This document shows, piece by piece, positions 28,198 through 37,166 of a DNA stretch of 64,000 nt. This stretch comes from Escherichia phage FEC14, in the sequence record MG383452; one strand, 5' to 3'. The position numbers and the translations under genes were made by a program. Below the pieces are notes generated by a model that worked only from the letters and a program-made list of their open reading frames with translations, ran no database searches and had not been told where the DNA came from. The first letter of the stretch is position 1. Every line of letters starts with the position of its first letter.

Positions 28198-28757
28198 ACA
28201 AATCCATACTTGGAAAGATAATCTGGTTTCGTTCCATTACGAGTTCGAGCACGATACACGATAGATTCTACAGTTTCTGCCTTGTGAATAGGGACATTTC
28301 CGTTGTTCATATACTCTTTAAACAACCTGTGAAGATATATCAAAAATTGTTTATTGTGAGTGTCGTTGTAATTCCAAAACCATACAACCTGATATTCATC
28401 TTTACGTGCTATTTTCGCATAAAAACCATTTGATTTTGATTTTAATTCACACGATTCTATGAACGGCCAACCCAAACCTTTCATGAAATATTGAAAATAT
28501 TCTTCAGGAGTAGTGTCTGGGTCTTTGTGTTCTAAGTTGAAATCATCTATGCTCGGAACCAAACTTTTGGACACACGACTACTCAGAATAAGTTTTATGT
28601 CTTTAACATTTTTCGTGGTATTTTCTGGTTGTAAATCTGAGGAGACGGCCTCAACAACCCGTTTTCCCAAAGATTTTTTGATTCTCATAACGAGAACACA
28701 GACCCCAACCATACTAAGAACAGCAATCAAAATATCTGTTGAGTCAATAATGACCAT
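28179..28757 (-). CDS. membrane-anchored protein
   Basis: Internal ATG with 'GGGGGA' SD, placed after the intercistronic hairpin; N-terminal signal-anchor 'ILIAVLSMVGVCVLV'. The longer track ORF (to 28901) reads through the hairpin and overlaps the upstream gene. Confidence 0.45.
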   Translation of the reverse strand: MVIIDSTDILIAVLSMVGVCVLVMRIKKSLGKRVVEAVSSDLQPENTTKNVKDIKLILSSRVSKSLVPSIDDFNLEHKDPDTTPEEYFQYFMKGLGWPFIESCELKSKSNGFYAKIARKDEYQVVWFWNYNDTHNKQFLIYLHRLFKEYMNNGNVPIHKAETVESIVYRARTRNGTKPDYLSKYGFVWKEDI

Positions 28758-28770
28758 AAATCCCCCAAAT

Positions 28771-28790
28771 GAAGGGGCATATGCCCCTTC
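28771..28790 (-). terminator. perfect 20-bp palindrome (intercistronic hairpin / possible terminator)
   Basis: 'gaaggggcatatgccccttc', 5 nt past the stop of the PspA-like gene and directly upstream of the next SD. Confidence 0.45.
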
Positions 28791-28794
28791 TATA

Positions 28795-29403
28795 TTATTT
28801 TGATAAACTTGCCAGATAATTGTCCGCTTCTGTTGATGAAGGGCTATTGGTAGAATAATTGGAATCAGCGATTTCAGCTTCCCGCAGGATAGCATCAACA
28901 TCTACATTAATCATTCCAGCCGCGTAATCGATGTCTTCCGGTAAAGTTAACCCAAGATCATTTGATTCTTTCTGAATTCGGACCAATTCGAGATTAGACT
29001 TAACAGCGTCCAGTTTGTCACCTAATTCAACAATTGCCGAATTCAATTTCACGCTGCCAGATTCGATCTCTTTGACTTTATCCAGCAGAGCTTCACCAAT
29101 ACGACGACGGTGGAGTATGATCAAGGCTTCAGCGCGGGTAGGAGTTACTCCGCGAGCGATCGCATCTTTCAAAATGGTTTCTCGCTTGATGGCTTCAGCC
29201 AGATTTTCATCAGCGGTCTTCTTCATCTTAACGCCATGGTGGACATTGGTTACACGGGCTTCTTCTAAACGCCGGATTTCATCAGATAGTTTCCGTGCAG
29301 CCAGATTCAAACGCTTCTCAGTATCTGTGAGTTTATCCAAACCTGCAGTTAAATTGGCCTCGACAGTGCTGAACAGGCGGTTTAAAAAGGTTTTCAGTGA
29401 CAT
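28795..29403 (-). CDS. PspA/IM30 (phage-shock protein A)-like coiled-coil protein (putative)
   Basis: 'gaggaa' SD before ATG 29403. N-terminal amphipathic helix 'MSLKTFLNRLFSTVEANLTAGLDKL' and a long coiled-coil resembling PspA. Confidence 0.45.
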   Translation of the reverse strand: MSLKTFLNRLFSTVEANLTAGLDKLTDTEKRLNLAARKLSDEIRRLEEARVTNVHHGVKMKKTADENLAEAIKRETILKDAIARGVTPTRAEALIILHRRRIGEALLDKVKEIESGSVKLNSAIVELGDKLDAVKSNLELVRIQKESNDLGLTLPEDIDYAAGMINVDVDAILREAEIADSNYSTNSPSSTEADNYLASLSK

Positions 29404-29418
29404 TAATATATTCCTCAA

Positions 29419-29760
29419 TTATTTCTTAGGTGGTGTGACAGAGGTGAAGGATTCCTTCCAACTCTTGAATTTTTCAATCAGGGATTCTTTCCCCATCTCG
29501 CCGTTGGAAACATCATGGATATAAGCAAATGCGTCATACCCATATCCTGGTAAAGCAGAACAGATTCGAAGGTGAACCAAAGATTCTCCCACAGAAACCA
29601 AATAATGATCGCGACGATCATTCAGAGCATAATGATTGTCGTGAAACTTGTCGATGATGGTGCAGTTTTTAGGCTCAACATCAATCGCTAACCCATTGGC
29701 CTCAGAGCCGCCGCGCCCAAGCGTACAACCTGGGAATAATGTTTCTACGAGTGTGGGCAT
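29419..29760 (-). CDS. hypothetical protein
   Basis: 113-aa ORF. Confidence 0.45.
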   Translation of the reverse strand: MPTLVETLFPGCTLGRGGSEANGLAIDVEPKNCTIIDKFHDNHYALNDRRDHYLVSVGESLVHLRICSALPGYGYDAFAYIHDVSNGEMGKESLIEKFKSWKESFTSVTPPKK

Positions 29761-29814
29761 TGTTTATTCCTTCTGTTTAATTCCCATGTATTATATGGGT
29801 AAACGTTTATTGAA

Positions 29815-30162
29815 TTATTTGTTGTGATAGCCAAGAGCTTTGCGGACTTTTTCACGGTCATATGTATCGACCTGAATTGCTTCACGATTAATCCGACGCC
29901 TGTGATGTCGGGTGAGCGCTTTATACACGGCCTTGGCCTCATGGTATGGCAGACAATCGAAACAAAAACCGATATCGACTCTATACCCTGCGCTGCTATT
30001 GACTGTATATGCACATACCCTTACGCCGTTATAGATGACAGCATCGATACCGACAAAGCGTTCACCATTCCATTCAACGTCATCAGCGTCGACAGCATCA
30101 ATAAGACAACGGATTTCGACGCTTAGGGGTTTCCCCAACAACCAGTTAAAATATTTGCGCAT
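29815..30162 (-). CDS. hypothetical protein
   Basis: 115-aa ORF. Confidence 0.45.
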   Translation of the reverse strand: MRKYFNWLLGKPLSVEIRCLIDAVDADDVEWNGERFVGIDAVIYNGVRVCAYTVNSSAGYRVDIGFCFDCLPYHEAKAVYKALTRHHRRRINREAIQVDTYDREKVRKALGYHNK

Positions 30163-30163
30163 G

Positions 30164-30376
30164 TCATTTACTCATCAGTGAAAGAAGATTGACTTTATCT
30201 GAACGTGCGTTTGGTGAGTAATGCACGTCCTGAGAGTGCCTCTTACAGCACGGACAATCCTTGGTGGCAATTACACAGGGAGCCTTATCCACGGCATATC
30301 CGGCTTCTTCGGCTTCCTTCACGGTGTTAAATGGCAAGTATGCACTTGTGCCTTGCCCTCCGCATGAACATTCCAT
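30164..30376 (-). CDS. small cysteine-rich protein
   Basis: 'MECSCGG...CPCCKRH' in 70 aa. Confidence 0.4.
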   Translation of the reverse strand: MECSCGGQGTSAYLPFNTVKEAEEAGYAVDKAPCVIATKDCPCCKRHSQDVHYSPNARSDKVNLLSLMSK

Positions 30377-30576
30377 TAGAAATCCTCCTTGGTAATGAAG
30401 AGCAAATCAGATTTCAGATTTTGGCGCTTGACACGGCGGACATGTCGATGCTCCTTTTTAATACCGTCTGAACGTTTTGATTTAGAGCGGCGATTTTTGT
30501 ATGTGTCCGCTGGGTACTTGTCATGGCCTGGACAACAAGATCCAGGGTAGTAAACATCCAAGATTTCCCGTTTCAT
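30376..30576 (-). CDS. small basic protein
   Basis: 66-aa Lys/Arg-rich ORF. Confidence 0.35.
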   Translation of the reverse strand: MKREILDVYYPGSCCPGHDKYPADTYKNRRSKSKRSDGIKKEHRHVRRVKRQNLKSDLLFITKEDF

Positions 30577-30688
30577 TAACGTTTCCTCTTAAATGGGATG
30601 ATCAGGGCTATGATTAACAGCATAGCTGTGATCACTCCGCATGCGATAAGACCGAATGCAAATGCTTTCAAAACAAATTGTAAAAGAA

Positions 30689-31882
30689 TCATAATTTCCT
30701 CAGTTTTGCCCTTGTAATCTGAGTTTGTTTAATACCTTTGAATTCGGTCAATTCTTTGACACGACCTCGAATGATCATATCGCCTTCTAAAAACTCGGTT
30801 TCCATATAGGAAGTCTTCCATGTAATGGTATTGCCTTCCTTGGTTTTGAAAGTATACAGATACGTGTCACCATAATCAGATGAATACAGGAAAATCCTTG
30901 CTTCAAATTTGACCTGTGCTTCTAACATTTCACCAACTTCACCAACCCAATTTGATACAGTGCGCGTTTGGCGGGGGGTGTGGATATAATCATAATACTT
31001 TGCTGCTCCCCAACGAACTGTTGTTGAGTCTTTAACAAGGTGATAACCAGGTTCGCACATACGTTTCAGCCGGACGTTGAAATCGTTATTTTCAGACAAC
31101 GATGCGATGAAAAGCATCATATGATACATCTCTGATTGAGCATCTTCACGGGCTTTAACAGCCTTGTTATAGAATATATCAATGTCAGAACCTTTCTCCG
31201 GACGAGTCCCGCTAGAGATATGACCAAGAACTCGACCAAAATCATCACTTTTAATGCTCATGCCCGACAGCAAAACCTGAAAGCATTTACACAAATATCC
31301 TTCTGTGTCAACATAATCTGGTTCATTAACCCGATAAATCCCTTCTGGGTCATCTTCATCGGGGGTAAACATTTCGTGAATAGACATGTAATAAGACATA
31401 ACCGCATCAAGGGATTTCTGATGCGGGACATAATGATGCATACAGCTGCTACCCACGAGCATCTGTGCGCCAGATTGTTCGTTACGAACGACATATGTGT
31501 TATGACGACGCACAGATTTGTTGCAATGCTCGCACCAAGATACGTTTTCAGCTTCAAATCTTTGAACGAAATTTGGGTGGATGTCATCTGACAGTTTATT
31601 CAGAATGACTTTTGGATACTGGTGGTTGAATTGTCCAATAATGCTCCACCCGCCGTAGGAAACGGGGCGGTCGATGCCTTCACCAGTGAGTGTACAATCC
31701 TGCCACCACCGATAGAATTTTTCACCAGTGATAGAATCGCGGTGTTGTGTTTTGTATGGTTCACTGAACTCAACAAGAGGGAACTCGAGTTTCAGGCGGT
31801 TTGCCGTTCTTTCAAGTTTGGCAAGACGTTCCTTGACACGACCAATGTTATCAATTGGGATGCTGAAGGTCTTGGCTTTCAT
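30689..31882 (-). CDS. hypothetical protein
   Basis: 397-aa ORF with 'GAGAGG' SD; central 'SWCEHCNKS...H' Cys/His segment. Confidence 0.6.
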   Translation of the reverse strand: MKAKTFSIPIDNIGRVKERLAKLERTANRLKLEFPLVEFSEPYKTQHRDSITGEKFYRWWQDCTLTGEGIDRPVSYGGWSIIGQFNHQYPKVILNKLSDDIHPNFVQRFEAENVSWCEHCNKSVRRHNTYVVRNEQSGAQMLVGSSCMHHYVPHQKSLDAVMSYYMSIHEMFTPDEDDPEGIYRVNEPDYVDTEGYLCKCFQVLLSGMSIKSDDFGRVLGHISSGTRPEKGSDIDIFYNKAVKAREDAQSEMYHMMLFIASLSENNDFNVRLKRMCEPGYHLVKDSTTVRWGAAKYYDYIHTPRQTRTVSNWVGEVGEMLEAQVKFEARIFLYSSDYGDTYLYTFKTKEGNTITWKTSYMETEFLEGDMIIRGRVKELTEFKGIKQTQITRAKLRKL

Positions 31883-31919
31883 TTTTGCCTCTCATGATGT
31901 AGTGAAACTTTTCAATGTA

Positions 31920-31970
31920 GGTTAAATGATAGCCGCAAGTTTTATTGAAGTAAAGTTTTATTGAAGTAAA
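31920..31970 (-). promoter_or_regulatory. putative T4-early-type promoter with duplicated -35 region (coordinates approximate)
   Basis: Minus strand reads 'CTTTACTTCAATAAAAC' x2, then 17 nt, then 'TATCAT', upstream of the 30689..31882 gene. Confidence 0.4.
31938..31969 (-). repeat. perfect 16-bp tandem direct repeat (2 copies)
   Basis: 'agttttattgaagtaa' twice in tandem, directly abutting the hairpin 'aaagcccaacaaatgttgggcttt' (31967-31990). Confidence 0.85.
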
Positions 31971-31999
31971 GCCCAACAAATGTTGGGCTTTAACCGATA

Positions 32000-32302
32000 T
32001 TATTCATCCGTGCGATCAGGCGCGGCGTTAGGATACAGCGACTCATAAAGATCTTGGTATTTGGCGCTGGTCTCGATGGTCTTGGTATAAGTTCCACCAG
32101 CGCGATCGGTAACGACTTTGCGCAGATCAACGGCTTTGATGCCTGTTTCTTTTGCCAATTCAGCCAGGGCTTCGGTAACAAAGGTCTGTTCAGACTTGAT
32201 ACGGATCTGGGCGGCGCGACAATTTTCTAAAGTCTGCATCATCTTTTGACGCAGTTTTGGATCAGAAGGGAGTTGATAAAAACCAATTTGTTCAACTGAC
32301 AT
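32000..32302 (-). CDS. hypothetical protein
   Basis: 100-aa ORF. Confidence 0.45.
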   Translation of the reverse strand: MSVEQIGFYQLPSDPKLRQKMMQTLENCRAAQIRIKSEQTFVTEALAELAKETGIKAVDLRKVVTDRAGGTYTKTIETSAKYQDLYESLYPNAAPDRTDE

Positions 32303-32314
32303 AATATATCCTCA

Positions 32315-32647
32315 TTAATGACGAGAACCGAGTGGACCGATACTGGTTCCCAAACGGCGCAGGAAGAAATAAACGATACTGTGAAAACCAAACTTAGGAA
32401 TAATATCAACGCCTTCAACATTGTAATATTCCTGAGTGTTGGTCTGTACTGGCAACGGAAAAGACGGAAGATCAAGCTGAACCAATTCACCTGGTTCGCA
32501 ATGTATCTTGACATTCTTACCCCAATGCCGACGATTCTTATAAAATTCTAGAGTCTGCTCTGTAGTGAGTTTGAGACTGGTTTCTCCAGACTGGCACACC
32601 TGTTGTGCCGCCCGAATCAGGTCAGCTATAAATGCAACATCCGACAT
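32315..32647 (-). CDS. hypothetical protein
   Basis: 110-aa ORF. Confidence 0.45.
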   Translation of the reverse strand: MSDVAFIADLIRAAQQVCQSGETSLKLTTEQTLEFYKNRRHWGKNVKIHCEPGELVQLDLPSFPLPVQTNTQEYYNVEGVDIIPKFGFHSIVYFFLRRLGTSIGPLGSRH

Positions 32648-32710
32648 GATGTGCTCCTGGGTTAATATTCAGATCATAGAGATTATACCCTATGATCACC
32701 ATTATTGAAG

Positions 32711-34141
32711 TTAACCGAAATTCCAATTATTCACGGTCTCGGCTTTCTTGACATCATTTACGTCGCCTGTTTTGTTTAAGTCATGTTTGATATGAACATT
32801 CTCAACATAACGGGCTTCCTCTTCTGTCAGGTCTCGCTTGACTTCATTCCAATCCAAGTCAAACAATATCTGTTTATCTTGATCCATACCGAACAAGAAC
32901 GATTTGAGTTTCTGTTTATTGGCATAACGGTTTTTCAAGATAGACGCTCGGGCTTTCTTAACAGCCGCCAGTTCATCAGGGGCATAGAACGCCATGATGA
33001 AGTCTGCAACCTTCGGAATACCGATAGCATCTGCCAGGTCGCTAATATTACCATCAGTCGCCGATTGTTTTTCACGGATAAATTGCATACCTGTCCATAC
33101 AGGGCAATCAAATTCAAATCCAAGCGCACGGAATTCACGCGCCACCGACGTATAATACACGTTGGTGTTCTGCATTAAATGGGCAGGAAGGCGAGAAGAC
33201 GCTGATTCACCCAAGTAGTCTATAATAATGACGTCCGGCGTAATTCCCGTGGATGTCGCATAATCAAGGATATCGCGGCGATATAGTCCTGTATGCCCAG
33301 CGCCTGAAGGATATTCCTTGATAACAATATCACCCTTCATGGAACCGTCTTGACGAGTTCGCAACTTTTGTATCGTGGCGACATATTCATGTCGTGAGAG
33401 CTTCTCTAAGGACTCGAAGTCCCTGCGCATCATACGGGCATCAAGGCGGTGACGCCAGACGTTCTCAGCCACTTCTAGGGTGAATACGAATACGTTCAAC
33501 CCTTGCTCGGAGTAACCAGCAGCCAAATCAATCAGAGTTGTTGTCTTACCCGCATTAATTGCACCCGTCACGATGTTCAGCGTTTTCTTACCAACACCAC
33601 CACGAGTCGCTTTGTTGAATATCTCTACAGCGAAAGGAATCTTCGCTTCATTAGAGTTCATGTGGTCGTATTGTTGTTCAGCCATTTCCCAATAGATATG
33701 GCCAAGATAAGAATCAAAACTTATCGCCAACGCCTCTTGTAGGAGAGTTGGAATCGTGTTCATCTCATCTTTACGTTTCTCATCACCATAGATGTTGACG
33801 GCGTGTTTGATCGCATTATGAACAGCTTTCTGCCGCGCCCAACTTTCTGTTTCTTTTACAAGCCATTCCTGATGGAATGTGTTGTCATTGATATTCTCAA
33901 GAGCAGAAATAGCTTGTTCAAATACGTGTTCGTTGAGCGAAGTCTTTTCCAGCATAATAGACAACGCTTCAACCGAAGGACGAGCATTATATTCGCAAGT
34001 GTAATGGTCAATGAGACCGAATATAATTTTCTCGCCTTCGTTATCGAAATAATCGGCTTTCAAATACGGCTGGATCTTTCTTTGATATTCTTCGTTATAG
34101 ATTAATTGGGAAAGCACGACAGATTCGAGTAACATTGGCAA
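32711..34141 (-). CDS. replicative DNA helicase (DnaB family, gp41-like)
   Basis: Walker A 'GAINAGKTT'; N-terminus 'VLSQLIYNEEYQ' and 'WLVKETE' parallel T4 gp41; 476 aa. Confidence 0.85.
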   Translation of the reverse strand: MPMLLESVVLSQLIYNEEYQRKIQPYLKADYFDNEGEKIIFGLIDHYTCEYNARPSVEALSIMLEKTSLNEHVFEQAISALENINDNTFHQEWLVKETESWARQKAVHNAIKHAVNIYGDEKRKDEMNTIPTLLQEALAISFDSYLGHIYWEMAEQQYDHMNSNEAKIPFAVEIFNKATRGGVGKKTLNIVTGAINAGKTTTLIDLAAGYSEQGLNVFVFTLEVAENVWRHRLDARMMRRDFESLEKLSRHEYVATIQKLRTRQDGSMKGDIVIKEYPSGAGHTGLYRRDILDYATSTGITPDVIIIDYLGESASSRLPAHLMQNTNVYYTSVAREFRALGFEFDCPVWTGMQFIREKQSATDGNISDLADAIGIPKVADFIMAFYAPDELAAVKKARASILKNRYANKQKLKSFLFGMDQDKQILFDLDWNEVKRDLTEEEARYVENVHIKHDLNKTGDVNDVKKAETVNNWNFG

Positions 34142-34471
34142 CTACCCCACCAAAATTTTGTTGTAATCCTGAGCATTTTGCTGTATCAGATCAACTAAGA
34201 TATCCCCAGACACCACAGTGAACAAGTCATTTTCTTTCAAATTAACAAATAACAAACGCCATGGTTTCTTCAATATATCTGTTGTAAAGGATAACCGAGG
34301 CTCTCCATTGTCTAAATGGACACCCACTTTCCCTATACGAAATTGAACGCCACGGAATTTGCCTTCCGTTATTTCGATTATTGCTAACTGATCAGAACCA
34401 GGGTCGATGATTTTGTAATTAACGGGGGAGTCTCCTCCCCCTGCAATATTACTCGGTTGTTTTGATGACAT
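34142..34471 (-). CDS. hypothetical protein
   Basis: 109-aa ORF between uvsX and the helicase gene. Confidence 0.45.
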   Translation of the reverse strand: MSSKQPSNIAGGGDSPVNYKIIDPGSDQLAIIEITEGKFRGVQFRIGKVGVHLDNGEPRLSFTTDILKKPWRLLFVNLKENDLFTVVSGDILVDLIQQNAQDYNKILVG

Positions 34472-35534
34472 TATCGAGGCGCTCCAGCATATCTGCAGGC
34501 ATAACCGAACTCTGAGAGATACCGAACATGTTGTTCACATCGTCAACAAAGTCTGGGTTTTCCAGCAGCGGATACCAGAAGTCATCCCCCAGCTCTGCCT
34601 TACGATATTTCTTTTCTTTTTCTGGATCAAACCCGCCTTTGGCAGTGCGTTGATACCAAGAACCACTCACCAAATCCACATACCCCAGCATGCGCGCAAT
34701 TTCTAACATACCGGACCAACGGTCAATACCGCCTTCATACAACACAGTGACAGGGAACTTGGCTTTTTCACGGACAAAGCGGCCTTTCATAATGTTGACT
34801 GTAAACTGCCATCCCAAAAGGTCTTTGTCTTCTTTAACTTGAGAACGCGTGATGAACCACAATTGGTTAGAAGACAGGAACCCCTGTTTACCGCCTTTGA
34901 TGTTCGGCTCGGCGTATTGGTTCCCGATTTCATCATAGTACGAGTTGATCCATACCAAAACGAATTTCTTTTCAGTGACCAACGGGGTGATAACACGCCA
35001 AAAACTATTGAGAGCGCGAGCGCGGGTCATATCTTGTGTGTCTTTGCCCGCGATGGCATCATCAACTTCTTTGGTAGACGGCAACTGGCTGATTGAGTCA
35101 ATGAATACGATGATCTTGTCACCTTTCTGTGCATCGTTCAGAAGCTGTGTCAGCTTGATCTTCGTCTTTTCAACGTTTTCAATTGGCAGATACAAGACAC
35201 GGTCCATGTCAATACCCATAGATGTCCAGTAGTTTTCATTCGCACCGCCTTCTGAATCCGCGAAGATACAAATTGCATCAGGAAACTTATCCATGTAAGC
35301 CTTAACATCCACCAGCCCAAACATGGTTTTGAATGTACGAGAATCCCCCACCAACTGTTTGATGCCTGATATCAGACCACCATCAATACGACCGGACCAG
35401 GCCAAATTCAGAATAGGAATACCCGTACTGCAAATAATGTCAGGCTTCAGCGCATCGGTCTTTGACAGCACTTCGGCATTCGGGTCCAGTTTCTTTGCTG
35501 TCTTGAGCATGCGAGCCATCAATGAATCGGCCAT
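34449..35534 (-). CDS. uvsX: RecA-like recombinase UvsX
   Basis: 'PILNLAWSGRIDGGL', 'VFIDSISQL' and 'DMTRARAL' parallel T4 UvsX. Confidence 0.85.
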   Translation of the reverse strand: MADSLMARMLKTAKKLDPNAEVLSKTDALKPDIICSTGIPILNLAWSGRIDGGLISGIKQLVGDSRTFKTMFGLVDVKAYMDKFPDAICIFADSEGGANENYWTSMGIDMDRVLYLPIENVEKTKIKLTQLLNDAQKGDKIIVFIDSISQLPSTKEVDDAIAGKDTQDMTRARALNSFWRVITPLVTEKKFVLVWINSYYDEIGNQYAEPNIKGGKQGFLSSNQLWFITRSQVKEDKDLLGWQFTVNIMKGRFVREKAKFPVTVLYEGGIDRWSGMLEIARMLGYVDLVSGSWYQRTAKGGFDPEKEKKYRKAELGDDFWYPLLENPDFVDDVNNMFGISQSSVMPADMLERLDNVIKTTE

Positions 35535-36049
35535 TTCGTTTCCTCTTGCTTGTTGATCGTAATTAATAAATCGGTGCCCAAGACTTTCTTGGACAATATA
35601 TTGATTGCTTCGTGAATCGCCATTATTGACGGGAGTTTTTCATCGTTAATTTCGGAACCCCCGCGTTCTGTTAAATACATATTACGCAGACGATTGTGCT
35701 GTGCCCTGTTGACACAAGAAACATTCAATGCGATATTCAGGATATACATCATTTGTTCAGTTGTAACATCCTTTGGAATAGCATGAACATAATATATCGC
35801 ATCTTCAAAATAGATATGCTGTAATGACTCTGGAATTTCTTCCCCGCCAAAAGCAAAATCTTCAATGCGTTTAAATAGTGTTTCCGGCTCTGGTGTTGTA
35901 ATATGTTGTGTTACAGTAGCCGCACCATCTGGCTCTTTCTTGAAATTGGTCGCAATAACGACATGACCGCCTGGTTTAATAAACTCAGCGAAGTTCTCTG
36001 CCATGTACGGGGCATGTTCCGCATAATATGATACGACAACTGTAAACAT
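35519..36049 (-). CDS. hypothetical protein
   Basis: 176-aa ORF in the nucleotide-metabolism operon. Confidence 0.5.
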   Translation of the reverse strand: MFTVVVSYYAEHAPYMAENFAEFIKPGGHVVIATNFKKEPDGAATVTQHITTPEPETLFKRIEDFAFGGEEIPESLQHIYFEDAIYYVHAIPKDVTTEQMMYILNIALNVSCVNRAQHNRLRNMYLTERGGSEINDEKLPSIMAIHEAINILSKKVLGTDLLITINKQEETKWPIH

Positions 36050-36600
36050 TAGAACTCCAGAGTCAGAGGGGTTTCGGCAGACTTGTCATAGTTCGCACCG
36101 CCAGCAGCACGTAGACGATTGCGATCGTTCTTGCGCTTGTGGGCCAGCATATAGGTTTCGGTGTCCAGATCCAAATAACCACAAGCCTTTGATAAAAACC
36201 GCACAAAACGGATAACATCTGGTTGAACCATAAATGACGTAAAACATTCTGTGACCGATTCCAGATTGGCCGATTTGTCTATCACTCGTCCGTCCTTGAA
36301 GAAAAGGTCAATCTGCATTTCAACTGGGAAAGCAGAACCAAATCCAGATAAAATGGAAGACAACATAAAATGTACCACGTCCACCAATTCGTAGACAGCT
36401 GCTTCTCGGTCATATTGTATCCCACCGCCATAGATTTTCCAGTCCTGGGTTGTTTCGTCAAGAAACTCTGCCCACTCACGATAGATGGAGTTCACCACCG
36501 CCACATGAGTCCAATGTTTACGCCACTCTTCCCCAAAATAGGCCACGTTGGTGGCCTTTTGAAGTTCGAGCAGACTTTTGATATGCTCTGCTGTGATCAT
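36049..36600 (-). CDS. all-alpha NTP pyrophosphatase-like protein (MazG / dimeric dUTPase-dCTPase-like, putative)
   Basis: 'REWAEFLDETTQD' and 'ELVDVVHFMLS' helices resemble the all-alpha NTP-PPase fold. Confidence 0.35.
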   Translation of the reverse strand: MITAEHIKSLLELQKATNVAYFGEEWRKHWTHVAVVNSIYREWAEFLDETTQDWKIYGGGIQYDREAAVYELVDVVHFMLSSILSGFGSAFPVEMQIDLFFKDGRVIDKSANLESVTECFTSFMVQPDVIRFVRFLSKACGYLDLDTETYMLAHKRKNDRNRLRAAGGANYDKSAETPLTLEF

Positions 36601-37166
36601 TTCCGTTCCCTATAAAATTTGACGAATGGTTGCCAACCTTCAAATGGGTTAACAAATTCATAATCAACTTTCATCTCATCAATGAAAGCCTCTATGTCGT
36701 CCTCTATGATACCGCCGCGATCTGCCTTTGAAATGCGGGTGATGGGACATTTAGTGCTCAGCGCCCATTCATATTCTTGAGGCGTCCGTAGATCACTCAC
36801 AATATAATGAATGTTAGGATTCTGTTCAACTAATGGGAGTTGGTAACGCTTAAAGAAAGACAAAAACAGATCCGGTTGGACATAACGAAGCCCCGTATCG
36901 CTGCCGAGATGAAGCCAGATCTGCCTTGGGGTTAATCCCTTGGGGTTATCTGGGTGAACATATGGCAAGTCCTTGATATCGTCCTCTACTTCCTCTGGCA
37001 ACCAAGGATAGATGTAATGAGCCACCCGACGCAACTCGTCCGAGAAAGATAAGCGCTGGATGTCCATATCACCCTGTAAATGGTGATAGCTGATGAGGGA
37101 CTCCAAACAGAAGTCCTTGCCGGAGCGCTTGCGCCCCGTAAAGAATTCAAGGTTCGGATACATCAT
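36597..37166 (-). CDS. deoxynucleoside monophosphate kinase (gp1-like)
   Basis: P-loop 'FTGRKRSGKD' matches T4 gp1 'LSGVKRSGKD'. Confidence 0.7.
   Translation of the reverse strand: MMYPNLEFFTGRKRSGKDFCLESLISYHHLQGDMDIQRLSFSDELRRVAHYIYPWLPEEVEDDIKDLPYVHPDNPKGLTPRQIWLHLGSDTGLRYVQPDLFLSFFKRYQLPLVEQNPNIHYIVSDLRTPQEYEWALSTKCPITRISKADRGGIIEDDIEAFIDEMKVDYEFVNPFEGWQPFVKFYRERK

Noticed and set aside
28179-28901. Long form of the membrane-protein ORF reading through the 20-bp palindrome
   Set aside because: It would overlap the PspA-like gene by over 100 nt and translate across the hairpin; an internal ATG with GGGGGA SD just past the hairpin gives a cleaner model.
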